From Pseudobdellovibrionaceae bacterium (GTDB taxonomy: Bacteria; Bdellovibrionota; Bdellovibrionia; Bdellovibrionales; Bdellovibrionaceae): a stretch of DNA of 64,000 nucleotides. The stretch lies in NCBI GenBank assembly GCA_044359815.1, contig JBIKLL010000001.1, positions 32,001-96,000 on the forward strand, in the 5' to 3' direction. Below the pieces are notes generated by a model, which ran no database searches, was not told the origin of the DNA, and saw only the letters and a list, made by a program, of their open reading frames with translations. The position numbers were made by a program, and so were the translations under genes. Shown here piece after piece: positions 1 to 11,750 of the stretch (positions are counted from its first letter, which is position 1; each line of letters starts with the position of its first letter).

Positions 1-381
1 AGGTGGCGGCTTGATAGGCATTTTTTCAACTGCTGAGCCGTCACCCTTTAATCCATCACCGTGGCAAAGCGCGCAGTGAGTAACGTAGTATTTTTGCCCA
101 GCCATTAAAGTTTCAGGATCCATGTTTCCAGCCATGGGATTTGGATTGGCTTTCGCGCCTTCAATGTCTTTTGCAAAACGATAGGGCTTAAATCCCACAG
201 GTACTGTGTGAGCCGGTGGAACCCGTGACCCGTTGTTGTCTGAAAAAGTTGCATCAAATTCTTGCGGCTTAACAGTGTCTTGTTCCATCATATCCTGAAT
301 CAATTCGATGTTTGGTTCTTTTTTGCTGGAGCATCCAACAACTAAAACCATGGCACTTAAAACAAATAAAAACTTACTCAT
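1..381 (-). CDS. actE: Alternative complex III subunit ActE, monoheme cytochrome c lipoprotein (3' end outside window)
   Basis: Hand translation from ATG at 381: MSKFLFVLSAMVLVVGC lipobox, IQDMMEQ..VKPQE, CALCH heme motif; directly follows actD. Confidence 0.8.
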   Translation of the reverse strand, partial: MSKFLFVLSAMVLVVGCSSKKEPNIELIQDMMEQDTVKPQEFDATFSDNNGSRVPPAHTVPVGFKPYRFAKDIEGAKANPNPMAGNMDPETLMAGQKYYVTHCALCHGDGLKGDGSAVEKMPIKPPP

Positions 382-382
382 G

Positions 383-901
383 CTAAAACTCCGTCCTTTT
401 GACTTCGCTCGCACCAGAAGACTTAAATACGTCCTCGATCTTTTTTTCGTCGTAGCCTTTGTCATCACTGGGGACAAAGATCGCAAACTTTGAGCAAGTC
501 AGATCAGGATGAATCACCGGCGGATCAACCTTGGGAAGTCCACAGGCACCTATCATTGCACCCACCGAAAAGAGTGCGGCAAATAAAATCGTGCATTCGA
601 AAATGATAGGAACAAATGCTGGCAAACTGAAAAACGGTTTACCGCCAACGTTGATGGGCCAATTGACAGCTGAAGTCCACCAAGTCAGCCAAAGGCCTCC
701 TGACAAACCAGCTAATCCTGCAAAAAAAGTTACGTAAGGAATCCAAGATCTTTTAATACCACAGGCTTCTTCCATCCCGTGCACCGGGTAAGGTGTGATG
801 GCATCAAATTTTACAAATCCCATTTCACGAATTTTTCGTGCTGCTTTTAAAGTTTCTTCCTCGCTAGTAAAAATACCAGCTATTCCTTTTTTGTAAGCCA
901 T
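383..901 (-). CDS. actD: Alternative complex III subunit ActD (DUF3341)
   Basis: TPYPVHG, WPINVGGKP..SLPAFVPIIFE motifs; two TM helices; follows actC. Confidence 0.88.
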   Translation of the reverse strand: MAYKKGIAGIFTSEEETLKAARKIREMGFVKFDAITPYPVHGMEEACGIKRSWIPYVTFFAGLAGLSGGLWLTWWTSAVNWPINVGGKPFFSLPAFVPIIFECTILFAALFSVGAMIGACGLPKVDPPVIHPDLTCSKFAIFVPSDDKGYDEKKIEDVFKSSGASEVKRTEF

Positions 902-2253
902 TAGTGTTTCCCCCCTTTACCAACATTCAATACGGGCTTCACCTCAGCAATAGAAATTGCTGGGAACACTCGCAAGTAAAGTAAGAACAAAGTTAAGAAC
1001 ATTCCAAAGCTTCCCAACAACACTCCGGTATCAAAAAAGCTCCAGGCGTAATTTCCCCAGCTGGCTGGTAAAAAGTCATGATGCAAACTGGTTACCGTGA
1101 TCACAAAACGCTCAAACCACATACCGATATTCACGCAAATTGAAATTGCAAACATCCAAGGAATGCTTCTTCTGATTTTTTGAAACCAGAAAAGCTGTGG
1201 AATTAGCACATTACATGTAACCATAACCCAATAGGACCACCCGTAGTCACCAAGGGCTCTGTTAAAGAACACTTCGCGCTCATACAAATTGCCCGAATAC
1301 CAAGCTATAAAAAACTCAGCTCCATAAGCGTAACCAACCATCAGACCTGTAGCCATGATGATTTTGTTCATGACCTCCATATGATCCAAGGTGATGTATT
1401 TTTTAAACTCAGGAAAACCAATCCTGACCAAAGTCATCAAAGTGATCACCATTCCAAATCCAGAAAAGATCGCACCGGCAACGAAATACGGTGGAAAGAT
1501 TGTCGTATGCCAACCTGGTAAATTAGAAACCGCAAAGTCAAAACTAACGATGGTGTGAACTGATAAAACCAGAGGTGTCGATAGACCTGCCAAAATCATA
1601 TAAACCATTTCGTAATGGCTCCAATCCCTGGCTGAACCTCTCCAACCCAGGGACAAAATTCCATAAATGCTTCTGCGCAGTTTTGTTTTTGCGCGGTCTC
1701 TGATCGTTGCAAAATCTGGAACCATACCCACATACCAAAAAACTATAGATACAGTGGCGTAGGTTGAAACCGCAAACACGTCCCACAGAAGCGGTGATCT
1801 GAAATTCACCCACAATGGTCCCCTTTGGTTAGGATAAGGCAAAAGCCAAAAATCCAACCATGGTCTTCCTGTGTGAAGCAGTGGGAACAATCCAGCTGTC
1901 ATAACTGCAAAAACAGTCATGGCCTCAGCAGTTCTGGCCACACTGGTGCGCCATTTTTGTCTGAACAAAAACAAAATCGCAGAAATCAAGGTTCCTGCGT
2001 GACCGATACCAATCCAAAACACGAAGGTGATGATCATGGTTCCCCAACCATTTGGATGATTCACACCCAATAGCCCCATCCCCTGAGTGATCACACAGGC
2101 TAAAATTACCAAATAAAACAGCAGTAAAGTTTTTGCTGACAAAAACATCCCGATCCAACCTTTTGATGGAAAGGTCTCAACGGGCTGGCAGATATCATCG
2201 GTTACATCTTTTAAAGTTTTATTGCCTAAAACGAGCGGATTACGATTAATCAT
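901..2253 (-). CDS. actC: Alternative complex III subunit ActC (NrfD/PsrC family membrane protein)
   Basis: [58 protein letters not shown] motifs. Confidence 0.92.
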   Translation of the reverse strand: MINRNPLVLGNKTLKDVTDDICQPVETFPSKGWIGMFLSAKTLLLFYLVILACVITQGMGLLGVNHPNGWGTMIITFVFWIGIGHAGTLISAILFLFRQKWRTSVARTAEAMTVFAVMTAGLFPLLHTGRPWLDFWLLPYPNQRGPLWVNFRSPLLWDVFAVSTYATVSIVFWYVGMVPDFATIRDRAKTKLRRSIYGILSLGWRGSARDWSHYEMVYMILAGLSTPLVLSVHTIVSFDFAVSNLPGWHTTIFPPYFVAGAIFSGFGMVITLMTLVRIGFPEFKKYITLDHMEVMNKIIMATGLMVGYAYGAEFFIAWYSGNLYEREVFFNRALGDYGWSYWVMVTCNVLIPQLFWFQKIRRSIPWMFAISICVNIGMWFERFVITVTSLHHDFLPASWGNYAWSFFDTGVLLGSFGMFLTLFLLYLRVFPAISIAEVKPVLNVGKGGKH

Positions 2254-5200
2254 GAGTGGCCACCCCCGTGTCCAGCTTCATTGCGGGTTGCTTGATTGTT
2301 ATTTCTGATTTTCGATAGGTACCGAACACTGGGTGCCGCATTGAATTCTTCGATCAATGCGTAGGCCCTTGGGTCTTCTTTAAATGCTTTCGCAACCTGA
2401 GATTCCGGATCATTTAAATCACCAAACACAATGGCGTCTGTTGGGCACACCTGCTGACAAGCTGTTTTAATATCGCCGTCTTTCAATGTTCGATTTTCGG
2501 ATTTAGCGTTGATTTTTTCGCCTTTGATTCTGTGTGTACAGAAGGTGCATTTTTCCATCACACCCCTCATACGTTGAGTCACATCAGGATTCAGAGCTAG
2601 GTGTAATGGTTTTTCAACCTTAGTTGCGTAATTAAACCAGTTAAATCTTCGAACTTTGTACGGGCAGTTGTTGGCACAGTATCTGGTTCCAACACATCTG
2701 TTGTAAACCATATCATTCAAGCCTTCAGAACTGTGAACCGTTGCCATAACTGGACAAACAGTTTCGCAAGGAGCGTTATCACAATGCTGACACATCACCG
2801 GTTGATAAACCGTTTCTGCATCCTGGGCATCGCCCACATAATACCGGTCAATGCGGATCCAATGCATTTCACGACCTTCTATCATATAGCGCTTGCCAAC
2901 AACAGGAATGTTGTTTTCAGATTGGCAGGCGATCACGCAGGCGTTGCAACCATTGCAAAGATTCAAATCAACTTTCATTCCCCACTTATGACCATTAAAA
3001 TTGTGTCCTGGCCACAGAGACCAGATGTGATGTTTGTGATTATTAGAGGCTGCGTCCTTTAAGTATTCTTGCAAAGTCGCTTCGACAACAATTTTGCGAC
3101 CCTGCATCGCATGTCCACCCTGAGGATTTGCTAGCGGGTATTTTTCAGAAGTCTTTTTTAAAGCCACTGAAACACCTGCTGCCACATTATTTTTAACTAA
3201 ACCAAATGCATTAAATCCAATTTTATTTCCAACTTTTCCTGCCCTTGTTCGACCATATCCAACAGGTATAGCAACCACTCCGTCATGCAGTCCCGGCTGA
3301 ACCTGTGCTGGCAATTTGATTTTCTGACCATCGATAGTCAGCTCCAGCACATCGCCCTCTTTAACCCCCAGCTTTTCAGCTGTAGCTAAAGAAATTGAGG
3401 CAAAGTTATCCCAAGCGATCTTACGAACCGGATCTGGCAATTCTTGCAGCCAAGAAATATTGGCATAGGTGCCATCCCCAAGAGCGATTGAAGAATAAAG
3501 TGCTAATTCGTATTCACTAGCGGCCACTGGTTTAACCAATGACAACGCATCTGATTTGAAACTTCTTTTTGATCCGCCACTACCCAGATCACCGGCCACT
3601 CCGTCTTGCAGAGCTTTTTCCCAAGCGTCTTCAAAGCCTTTTCCGCCACCGACTTTTGGTAACACTGATTCTTTCCAATAGCTTCGCACAACTTCATAAT
3701 TGTTTTCGCTAGATGAAATTTTCTTGCCTGCAATGTTTGACCATTTAATCAGACTGGTTTGAAAATCCCTAGTATCATACATGGGGCTGATCAAAGGTTG
3801 TTGTATAGAATAAACACCTTTTACAGCTTCCAAATCACCCCAGTTTTCCAATGGGTGATGATCGGGGGTTATGTAGTCTGCAAAAAATCCCGTTTCATCA
3901 TTTCTGTCACCAGTGTAAATCACCATTTCAGCTTTTTTCAATGCTTCGGTTAGCTGAGCTGTAGGAGCATTGTAAACAGGATTGGTTCTGTGAATCACAA
4001 CGGTTTTAATTTTACCGTCGTTCAAGTCTTTTGCCAAATCTGCCAAATCAGAATACCCAGACATCGATGTAAAGTAACTGTTGTGATCAACAGTGCTGCC
4101 ATCATTATCCAAAATCGAATTCAGGTAATTAACAGCAATCTGCAATCCCACTGCAGAACTGGTTTGCGTCGACAATCCACCTGCAACAACTAATGATTGG
4201 CCTTTGTTTTTCATCAAAGCTTCAGCAGCATCTGCAACTAATTTAGCTGCCGCTGGCTCCAAGGCTGCTGAACCTGAATTCATTTTGTTTCCAGAAATTT
4301 TTTCGATCAAAGCTTGAGCCACTGCCACCTGCTGGCTGGGTTTAATTTTTGCTCTTAGATCAGCGTTTGAACTGGTTAAAGAATAAGTTGAATCAAATGA
4401 TATTAACTGATTCATTTTGCTGGGGTCTTTGCGGCCCGAGCTAAATCCCCTGGCAAAAGCCGTCGGAGCTATCCAAGTCCCCAAAAAATCCGCATCAATA
4501 CTGACGATGACTTTTGCTTTATCAAATCTGTAATAAGGAACCACAGCTTCGCCGTAAGAAAGTTTTTGCCCTTGAGCAATGGCTTCATTGTTCAAAGGTT
4601 CATAGCTGTAATGTGTCCCAGACACAGCTTTGCAAAAATCGCTGATCAAGTTTTTTAAACTGGGGGATGAAACTCCACCAGTCAGCACAGCTACAGAGCC
4701 TTTTTTCAGTTGAGCGCCAATGGCCTCATCAGCCCGCTTCCAATCAGTGGAAATCGAATCATGATTTGATCTGGTTTTATTTTGCAAGTTTCTGATAGGG
4801 CCTTTGATTCTTTCAGGATCATACAATGATAAAATCGAAGCTTGGGCTCTGGCTGAGGTTGCCCCTTTGTTTAAAGGATGTTTGGGATTACCTTCGATTT
4901 TAATGGGTCTGCCGTCTTTTGATTTGACCAACAATCCCATGGGCTCGCTGCCATCAAAAAATGTTGAAGTGTAGTAATTGGCGATACCCAAAGTCACTTC
5001 TTCGGGTTGAGTATTATAAGGAACAATTTTTTGAACGGGCCTTCTGATACAGCCTGCTGTGGCCATCGCCAGTGATGCGCCCATCAGTTTCAAAAATTCT
5101 CGGCGTGCCCATCCCTCTTGCTGTGCGTTTTCAGCCCTAAGAGGAGATGTTTGAAATTCCTCTTCAGCTTTTTTGGCAAATTCAGGATCGTTTGACCATT

Positions 5201-5267
5201 GCTCTAAAGACAACCAATAGCGCGAATCCAGTTTTTCAGAGTTGGTAGTTGTTGTTTCATTTGTCAT
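2250..5267 (-). CDS. actB: Alternative complex III subunit ActB (molybdopterin-oxidoreductase-like domain fused to Fe-S domain)
   Basis: YWLSLEQ leader, Tat motif [17 protein letters not shown]-terminal Cys motifs ([36 protein letters not shown]). Confidence 0.92.
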   Translation of the reverse strand: MTNETTTTNSEKLDSRYWLSLEQWSNDPEFAKKAEEEFQTSPLRAENAQQEGWARREFLKLMGASLAMATAGCIRRPVQKIVPYNTQPEEVTLGIANYYTSTFFDGSEPMGLLVKSKDGRPIKIEGNPKHPLNKGATSARAQASILSLYDPERIKGPIRNLQNKTRSNHDSISTDWKRADEAIGAQLKKGSVAVLTGGVSSPSLKNLISDFCKAVSGTHYSYEPLNNEAIAQGQKLSYGEAVVPYYRFDKAKVIVSIDADFLGTWIAPTAFARGFSSGRKDPSKMNQLISFDSTYSLTSSNADLRAKIKPSQQVAVAQALIEKISGNKMNSGSAALEPAAAKLVADAAEALMKNKGQSLVVAGGLSTQTSSAVGLQIAVNYLNSILDNDGSTVDHNSYFTSMSGYSDLADLAKDLNDGKIKTVVIHRTNPVYNAPTAQLTEALKKAEMVIYTGDRNDETGFFADYITPDHHPLENWGDLEAVKGVYSIQQPLISPMYDTRDFQTSLIKWSNIAGKKISSSENNYEVVRSYWKESVLPKVGGGKGFEDAWEKALQDGVAGDLGSGGSKRSFKSDALSLVKPVAASEYELALYSSIALGDGTYANISWLQELPDPVRKIAWDNFASISLATAEKLGVKEGDVLELTIDGQKIKLPAQVQPGLHDGVVAIPVGYGRTRAGKVGNKIGFNAFGLVKNNVAAGVSVALKKTSEKYPLANPQGGHAMQGRKIVVEATLQEYLKDAASNNHKHHIWSLWPGHNFNGHKWGMKVDLNLCNGCNACVIACQSENNIPVVGKRYMIEGREMHWIRIDRYYVGDAQDAETVYQPVMCQHCDNAPCETVCPVMATVHSSEGLNDMVYNRCVGTRYCANNCPYKVRRFNWFNYATKVEKPLHLALNPDVTQRMRGVMEKCTFCTHRIKGEKINAKSENRTLKDGDIKTACQQVCPTDAIVFGDLNDPESQVAKAFKEDPRAYALIEEFNAAPSVRYLSKIRNNNQATRNEAGHGGGHS

Positions 5268-5279
5268 CGTCTTTACCCT

Positions 5280-5825
5280 TTAGTGATGGCAGGTTGAACA
5301 GTTTAATGGTGCATTGTTTTCAGGTTGGCGGTGACAGTTCACACACCAGCCCATCGACAAATCAGAAAATTGTTCGACCACTTTCATGGTTTCAATTTGG
5401 CCGTGGCAAGTTTGGCAATTCACACCTTTATTAACGTGAGCCTGATGGGAAAATTTAACGTGTTCAGGCAGCATGTGAACCTTTACCCATTCAATAGATT
5501 TGCCGGCATCATAGGCTTCGCGCATTTTTTTGACATAAGGGCTGTCGGTTTTGACAGTTAAATGACAATTCATACAAGTGCTCAATGCAGGAATGATTGA
5601 GTGATTGGCTCGTTCAACCTGATTGTGACAATACTGACAATTTATTTTAAGTTGTCCTGCGTGCAGCGAATGATCGTAAGGAATAGGCTGTTCTGGCGCG
5701 TAGCCTTTATTGTAACCTATCCCATACTGAAATTTACAACCCGACAGAAAACTGATTGAGAAAAGGCCGGCGAACAAAACCAGAATCGCATTCTTTCGCA
5801 TAGCCAATCGCGGTGAAAATGACAT
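5280..5825 (-). CDS. actA: Alternative complex III subunit ActA, pentaheme cytochrome c
   Basis: Five CxxCH motifs (CQYCH, CMNCH, CQTCH, CVNCH, CSTCH); PEQPIPYDHSLH; first gene of the act operon. Confidence 0.9.
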   Translation of the reverse strand: MSFSPRLAMRKNAILVLFAGLFSISFLSGCKFQYGIGYNKGYAPEQPIPYDHSLHAGQLKINCQYCHNQVERANHSIIPALSTCMNCHLTVKTDSPYVKKMREAYDAGKSIEWVKVHMLPEHVKFSHQAHVNKGVNCQTCHGQIETMKVVEQFSDLSMGWCVNCHRQPENNAPLNCSTCHH

Positions 5826-5944
5826 GATGGTGCTCCAAAGATGTTAACTATTAATATCTCTAATAACTAATTTAAAAACCTTATTGAGCTACAAATCAAC
5901 TTTCTTTTTGAAATGTTTTTGATAATTGCTTTAGACAAAAAGCG

Positions 5945-7564
5945 TTAGGTTTTTGATTTTGATTCTCGATTTGCGATCACAACATACAAAACAAAAAGCA
6001 AATGTGCTGCCACAAATGTAGACACATACTCTACACCACCGGCGCCAAACCCGTAACTGTGAAGGCCTGCACCCAAAACAAAATTCACTCCATACCAAGC
6101 CATAATCACCAAAGAAAATGTCACAACAGCACTGGCCATCATGCCCAGATCCTTTATCAGTCCAACCATTCTTCCATGCAAAACTGCCAAATATCCCAGC
6201 AGCGCAATCAATGCCCAAGTTTCTTTCGGATCCCAGCCCCAAAATCTTCCCCAAGAATAATCCGCCCAAACGCCACCCAAAATTATTCCAGGTGCCAAAA
6301 GCGCAACTCCAATCTGAATTGATCGATAAATCGCAAGGACGATGGCTTTGTTTCTTTCAATGTTCATGTTTTTCTTTAAGTGTAAAATCAAACCAATATC
6401 GCCTAATACAAATGCCAGAACATGGACAGTTAACCACAGATTGCTTCGAAGCACAGGTTCCAGTGGAGTCAATGAGGCGTCCAAAACAGCCGGGGCTCTG
6501 TCGGCAATCGCCAGGCAAAACGCAGACACAATAGATCCTGCCAATAAAATAAACTTCCACCGATAAATGAGCTCTATGATGATGGCAAAAACCACGGCAC
6601 CAAATCCCACCCAAACAACGGTCTCATACATATTTGAAACTGGCGGACGCCCGGTTAAATACATTCTGTATCCAAAACCAACGAGATACAAAATCATCCC
6701 TATACCTGTAAAAAACCAGGCGGCTAAATACCCTTGGGGTTTATTAAAGATCCAAGAAATCATGACCCCTAAAGCCGACAAAATAAAAGCCCAACAAGCC
6801 CAACCAAAGGGGTGAAAAATATTGTAAGCCACCTCTGCATGAATCTGATTTTTAACATTATATAATTCTGCATTCTGAGCCTTTGCTAAGGCTCCAAAAC
6901 CCTCAACCTGTTCTTTAAGTCTGACGTTCACGCTGTTGATTTCTGCGGCTGGCTTGTTTTCCATTTTTGCCATCAATGATTCAACAAAGATTTTTGAAAT
7001 TTCTGAAAATTGAGTTTGAAACGTCTGATCCAAATCAGGCAATCCCAACCATTTGTCGCCTTCTTTGGGCGGCACAATCCTTATCAACCGGCCTGCAGCA
7101 ATTTCACGAAAAGTGAATAACTGATTTTCCAGCCTCTGAATTGATTGATAAAAAGGATCCAGCTTTTCTTTGCTTTCGCGCTTACTGCTCAGTTCTTGAA
7201 CCAGCAGCGGAAGTCTTTCATTACCCATAAGCTGATTAAACGAAAACAGGTTTTTACTGGCATCAAGCTTTAAAGCCTCTTTTAACTGCGAAAACTTAAC
7301 CTCAAAAAGATCTTTTTCTTGCCAAGCAGTTGGTTGCAAAATCCAAGTGAAAATAATTTCTGTGGCTGATTTTTTTTCGAAGGTCGGTTTTCCGTGAATC
7401 AAAAGCATAGACTCTCTGGCAAAACTTTGAAAGGGCTTAATACGGCCACCCTCTTGAATGGGCAGATAGTCTAGAGCATTTGATGATTCAAACAGAGCAT
7501 GCACTGCCAGAGGCGAAAAAATGCAAAAAAACAAAGCCACTACTTTTTGTTTCAATGATTTCAT
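5945..7564 (-). CDS. ccsA: Cytochrome c biogenesis protein CcsA (system II) with N-terminal soluble domain
   Basis: PPVSNMYE; WWD-domain motif WADYSWGRFWGWDPKETW; GLHSY. Confidence 0.88.
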   Translation of the reverse strand: MKSLKQKVVALFFCIFSPLAVHALFESSNALDYLPIQEGGRIKPFQSFARESMLLIHGKPTFEKKSATEIIFTWILQPTAWQEKDLFEVKFSQLKEALKLDASKNLFSFNQLMGNERLPLLVQELSSKRESKEKLDPFYQSIQRLENQLFTFREIAAGRLIRIVPPKEGDKWLGLPDLDQTFQTQFSEISKIFVESLMAKMENKPAAEINSVNVRLKEQVEGFGALAKAQNAELYNVKNQIHAEVAYNIFHPFGWACWAFILSALGVMISWIFNKPQGYLAAWFFTGIGMILYLVGFGYRMYLTGRPPVSNMYETVVWVGFGAVVFAIIIELIYRWKFILLAGSIVSAFCLAIADRAPAVLDASLTPLEPVLRSNLWLTVHVLAFVLGDIGLILHLKKNMNIERNKAIVLAIYRSIQIGVALLAPGIILGGVWADYSWGRFWGWDPKETWALIALLGYLAVLHGRMVGLIKDLGMMASAVVTFSLVIMAWYGVNFVLGAGLHSYGFGAGGVEYVSTFVAAHLLFVLYVVIANRESKSKT

Positions 7565-8967
7565 ATGCTGCCCACCTCAGGGGCCATTCTTCTGGTGATT
7601 TTTCGCTTGTTGTAAAACAATAGGATCACGCCAAGGGAAATCAAAAATGATCCTAAATATTTTAAAAATCTTCCGGGATCGTGATTGACCGACAAAATAG
7701 AACTTGTGGGATTTCCCATTTCATCTTCTTCAAAACTGGCTTGATAGAAAGTCAATCCTTTGTACTGCAAAGGTTCGTTCATCGAGATCAAATATTCTCC
7801 AATTTCCGGAACCTCCACCAAGCTTTGGTAGGACATGGCTCTATTGGTACCCTGGTATTTGCCAACTTCGAATTTTTTTAATTTTATAGGGACACCGATG
7901 TCGATTCTTTTGTTTCCGTAAGTTATTAAAAAAGCTGCCTGTTTTGAAAATATCTTCAGCACGTCATTTAACTGCATCCACAAAACTTGGTCCTGATAGG
8001 TAACCCTAATCGCACTCGTGGATAAAGGCGTTGGGTATTCCAAGGATTTAAAATCCCATTTTTCAGTGGCCTTATAAATATACCTTAAAATTTTGAGCTC
8101 AATATCCATCCAGTCGGTTTTGATTGCTTGACCTTCCTTTGCTCGCCCACTCAAAGTTTTTTTGTCCTGGTTTTTACTGAAAATAAAATACGAAAACTCT
8201 TTTTCATTGATGGGTTTAATGACAATTAAATTATCTTTAGGTTTTTCAGCGGGCGGTTCGCCAATCATAATAGTGGCAGGTCCCAGCTTTGTTTCAACGC
8301 TGTCAGTGTTTTTTCTTTGCAGCAGCCAATCGTTGGTGTTTACAAATTGATTGATCAATTGATATCTGACCGCCGCCCCCAGAGTCTCGTGCTGTCCTTC
8401 AACAATATTTCTTTGCGCAATCGCAAAAGGGATATAGTCATCAATTTTGATTTCCCCGTCATCCGTTGGAATAACTAGTGGTTTTTTATTAGGCGGATTT
8501 AGGTAAAAATCCACGTCTTTTTCAAAAACGGAAGCATACCGATCCCCTGTAAAAGTGGTCCAAACTTTTAATTCATTTTGAGGAATCACCACCAATTGAT
8601 TGGATTCGCCGTTTTTTAATCTCATAGTTCCATCGATGCCGGGTTCAATTTTAATTGAATCGGTTATTTTAAGACCATAACTGGTCAACAGAAACCCCAA
8701 AACCATGACGATGATTCCGATGTGGGCAAATATAAATGGAGCGTGCTTTTTTTGCCAAGGCCAGCGATCAACCATGACTGCTATCAAACTCAGGCACAAA
8801 ATACCAATAATCAGGGTCATAAACCAGGTCTTGTAAACAAGTTTGCCAGCTATCGAAGCATCATATTTTGCCTCTACAATAGTCCCCACTGCGGTCACAA
8901 TCGCCAAGGTGATTATTATAAATACAGCAAACTTGAGATTGGCAAAAAACTTAATCAATCGATTCAT
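7561..8967 (-). CDS. resB: Cytochrome c biogenesis protein ResB/CcsB
   Basis: N-terminal TM helices with AVGTIVE, FAHIG; ISMNEPLQYKGLTFYQASF; NHDPG; overlaps ccsA start; start placed at ATG 8967. Confidence 0.8.
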   Translation of the reverse strand: MNRLIKFFANLKFAVFIIITLAIVTAVGTIVEAKYDASIAGKLVYKTWFMTLIIGILCLSLIAVMVDRWPWQKKHAPFIFAHIGIIVMVLGFLLTSYGLKITDSIKIEPGIDGTMRLKNGESNQLVVIPQNELKVWTTFTGDRYASVFEKDVDFYLNPPNKKPLVIPTDDGEIKIDDYIPFAIAQRNIVEGQHETLGAAVRYQLINQFVNTNDWLLQRKNTDSVETKLGPATIMIGEPPAEKPKDNLIVIKPINEKEFSYFIFSKNQDKKTLSGRAKEGQAIKTDWMDIELKILRYIYKATEKWDFKSLEYPTPLSTSAIRVTYQDQVLWMQLNDVLKIFSKQAAFLITYGNKRIDIGVPIKLKKFEVGKYQGTNRAMSYQSLVEVPEIGEYLISMNEPLQYKGLTFYQASFEEDEMGNPTSSILSVNHDPGRFLKYLGSFLISLGVILLFYNKRKITRRMAPEVGSI

Positions 8968-9065
8968 GTGAACAGTTTTGTAACCCGTTATTGACCATAA
9001 TTCTACGAAATCCTGACACAATTTGACGCATTATTTTAGTACAGTTGAGTTAAGCAGGAGGTCTT

Positions 9066-9938
9066 ATGATTGATTCATTAAAACTATTTGCAAACAAAAT
9101 TCACAAGTTTGAACCCACTGTTTTTATCAAAATAAACAGAGGTTCGTACACCCTGAAATCAGTGACCACTAAATCAGAGCTGGCAAAAGTGTTTAAGTTT
9201 CGAGCAGACTCCCAAGAAATTCAAATTTTATCAGGAAGCAGATCAGCACTGCGATCAAAATTATCAGAAATGCTTGTGGATAAATTTGATAAAGACGCAG
9301 ATCATTTGATAATCACTGACAACAAAACTCAAAAAATTGTTTGCTCTGTTCGGTTGCACAAATGCCAAAACGGCACTCAATTGACTTTCAATTCGAAATT
9401 CAAAACTCAGAATCTTTTTGCTGATTCAGGAACTGTGATCGAGATCAGTCGGCTTTGCTTGGCAAAAAACTTCCCCATAAGTTCGATTAAAACTTTGTTA
9501 TGGAGAGGTGTAGCCAGTTTTCTGATCGAGAAAAAAGCGCAAAGATTAGTCAGCAGTGCCAACATTCAAACTGACAGTCCCAAATTAGCCGCCATCATAT
9601 ACAAACACCTGCAAATGGAAAACCGCATTCAAGAGGGGCTTTTTTGCCCACCTTCGGTAAAATATTTAATGCCCCAAATGGATTCATGGATTAATTTTCT
9701 GCGCAGACAGCTGACTGTAGACGAAATTGGCTTAGCTAAAGAGTTAATGTCTGAATTTTGCCGGTCGATGTTTAGTTTAGGTGGACTATTTGGTGGTGAA
9801 CCAGCCTATAATCCAGATACTAAATGCATTGAATTCTTGACGATCTTACCTGTTGAGAACTTAAATAGTAATTTGTGGAATCGCTATCAGCAAAATCCTT
9901 ATCATTACTTACAAACAGCTCCCCTGAGCGCAAGTTAA
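9066..9938 (+). CDS. GNAT-family N-acyltransferase, OlsB/hemolysin-like (diverged)
   Basis: DKFDKDADHLII, EISRLC, LLWRGVA, GGEPAYNPD; AGGAGG SD upstream. Confidence 0.6.
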   Translation: MIDSLKLFANKIHKFEPTVFIKINRGSYTLKSVTTKSELAKVFKFRADSQEIQILSGSRSALRSKLSEMLVDKFDKDADHLIITDNKTQKIVCSVRLHKCQNGTQLTFNSKFKTQNLFADSGTVIEISRLCLAKNFPISSIKTLLWRGVASFLIEKKAQRLVSSANIQTDSPKLAAIIYKHLQMENRIQEGLFCPPSVKYLMPQMDSWINFLRRQLTVDEIGLAKELMSEFCRSMFSLGGLFGGEPAYNPDTKCIEFLTILPVENLNSNLWNRYQQNPYHYLQTAPLSAS

Positions 9939-10945
9939 TCGAGAGCAAAATTCCGGAATGGAAAAACCTTGAAAGGGTTTTTCAAGACCTTGCCCCGTTT
10001 GGGAAAATCCATCATTTAGGCGTGTCCGTTTACAGAGGCCAGGAATTACCTTTGCTCGCCATGAGTTTTGGCAGCACTGATCCCTCGGCCCCGGTTTTAG
10101 GTATGTTTGGTGGAGTTCATGGGCTGGAACGAATAGGCTCACAGGTAGTGCTGTCATTGATGAGATCATTTTCTGAGCTGATGCTTTGGGATGAGATCGT
10201 AAAGCACGCGCTAACTAAAATCAGGATCGTATTTTTACCCATGATAAATCCCTGGGGCTTTTATAATTTCACTCGTTGCAATCCCAATGGCGTGGATTTG
10301 ATGCGAAACGCCCCTGTCGATTCCCCGGAAACGTCAAAGTACTTTTTGCCAGGGGGTCACAAGATCAGCTCTAAGCTTCCCTGGTACCGGGGCCTGGAAT
10401 TGGAGCCCGAGTCCCTGGCCGTTTTAAATTTTTGCAAAGAAAGTTTTTTTAAATCTGATTGCGTGGTCACCATTGATTGTCATTCAGGATTTGGGGTGCA
10501 AGATCAATTGTGGTTTCCCTATGCTAAAACCAAAAAACCCTTTCACCACCTGCCGGAAGCCTTTGCCCTGTTTAATAATTTTCGAACAACCTTTCCCCAT
10601 CATTTTTATAAAATCGAACCCCAGGCCTACACCACCCATGGTGATTTGTGGGATTATATTTATGATCAATATGTGGAACAGCATAAGGGCGTTTACATAC
10701 CCCTTTGCCTAGAAATGGGCTCCTACATGTGGGTGCGCAAAAATCCTTTTCAGTTTTTTTACAGTTTAGGGCACTACAATCCCATAAAGCCGCACAGACA
10801 GAAAAGAGTTCTGAGGCGGCATTTGACGCTTTTTGATTTTTTAATCCGCTCTTTGATTGTTTCGGGTAAATGGTCCAATCCATCAGCCGAGCAACGATTT
10901 AAATATCTGACTCATGCTATGGAGCTTTGGTATGCCGACAAGTAA
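9875..10945 (+). CDS. M14-family zinc carboxypeptidase
   Basis: GGVHGLE (HxxE), NPNGVDLMRN, IDCHSG, LEMG; start uncertain. Confidence 0.8.
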   Translation: MESLSAKSLSLLTNSSPERKLIESKIPEWKNLERVFQDLAPFGKIHHLGVSVYRGQELPLLAMSFGSTDPSAPVLGMFGGVHGLERIGSQVVLSLMRSFSELMLWDEIVKHALTKIRIVFLPMINPWGFYNFTRCNPNGVDLMRNAPVDSPETSKYFLPGGHKISSKLPWYRGLELEPESLAVLNFCKESFFKSDCVVTIDCHSGFGVQDQLWFPYAKTKKPFHHLPEAFALFNNFRTTFPHHFYKIEPQAYTTHGDLWDYIYDQYVEQHKGVYIPLCLEMGSYMWVRKNPFQFFYSLGHYNPIKPHRQKRVLRRHLTLFDFLIRSLIVSGKWSNPSAEQRFKYLTHAMELWYADK

Positions 10946-11672
10946 AAATTGGGTTTGGATCAGGGGACTAGGACGAGGGTCCGCCCATTGGGGTGAATTT
11001 GCATTGGAGTTTCCAAAACATTTTCCAAATGACACTGTCCAAATGATCGACTCTGCCGGCAATGGTGAGCGAACCCATGAACAAAGTTTTACTAGCATCA
11101 CCGAAACCCTGACTGATTTGCGCAGCCGCTGCCAGTTTGTAAAAGACAAAGTTCCTTTTAATCTGCTGTCAATTTCGCTGGGTGGAATGATCGCAGCTGA
11201 ATGGGCCCATCTGTTTCCCCAGGATTTAGCCTCGGTCACAATTATTAATTCAAGCGATGCGGGATCCAGCCATCCCTTTGAACGCATGCGCCCTTTGGCA
11301 TTAAGTTCCGTCCTAAAATTAGTGGCCATTGCTGACCCTTATCAACGCGAAAAAATTATTTTCGATCTGACTGTCAATTATCACCCCCGAAGGGACTATT
11401 GGATTGAAGAGTTCGCAAATCTGGAAGGAACCAGTAAAGCCAACTTATTGCGACAACTTTATAGCGCCGGAAAATACAGGTATCCGAAGATAAAACCGGA
11501 CGTCAAAATCTGTGTCGTAAATTCTATGGGGGATCGATTAGTGCATCCAGAGTGCAGTCTTAAAATCGCCAGCATGTGGGGGGTCCCGATATTTAGGACC
11601 GAACGCGAAGGTCACGATCTGCCCCAGGAAAACCCCATTTGGTTGTGCCAAACCCTTAAGAACTTTGTCTGA
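10932..11672 (+). CDS. Alpha/beta fold hydrolase
   Basis: RGLGR..HWG, SISLGG nucleophile elbow, DRLV, GHDLP; GGAG SD before ATG 10932. Confidence 0.8.
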   Translation: MPTSKNWVWIRGLGRGSAHWGEFALEFPKHFPNDTVQMIDSAGNGERTHEQSFTSITETLTDLRSRCQFVKDKVPFNLLSISLGGMIAAEWAHLFPQDLASVTIINSSDAGSSHPFERMRPLALSSVLKLVAIADPYQREKIIFDLTVNYHPRRDYWIEEFANLEGTSKANLLRQLYSAGKYRYPKIKPDVKICVVNSMGDRLVHPECSLKIASMWGVPIFRTEREGHDLPQENPIWLCQTLKNFV

Positions 11673-11750
11673 GCCGCTGATAAAAGCGCCGTTCTGGTAA
11701 ATCCGCAAAATACAGTTTTTTAAAATATATAAAATTATTTTTTATTTGCA

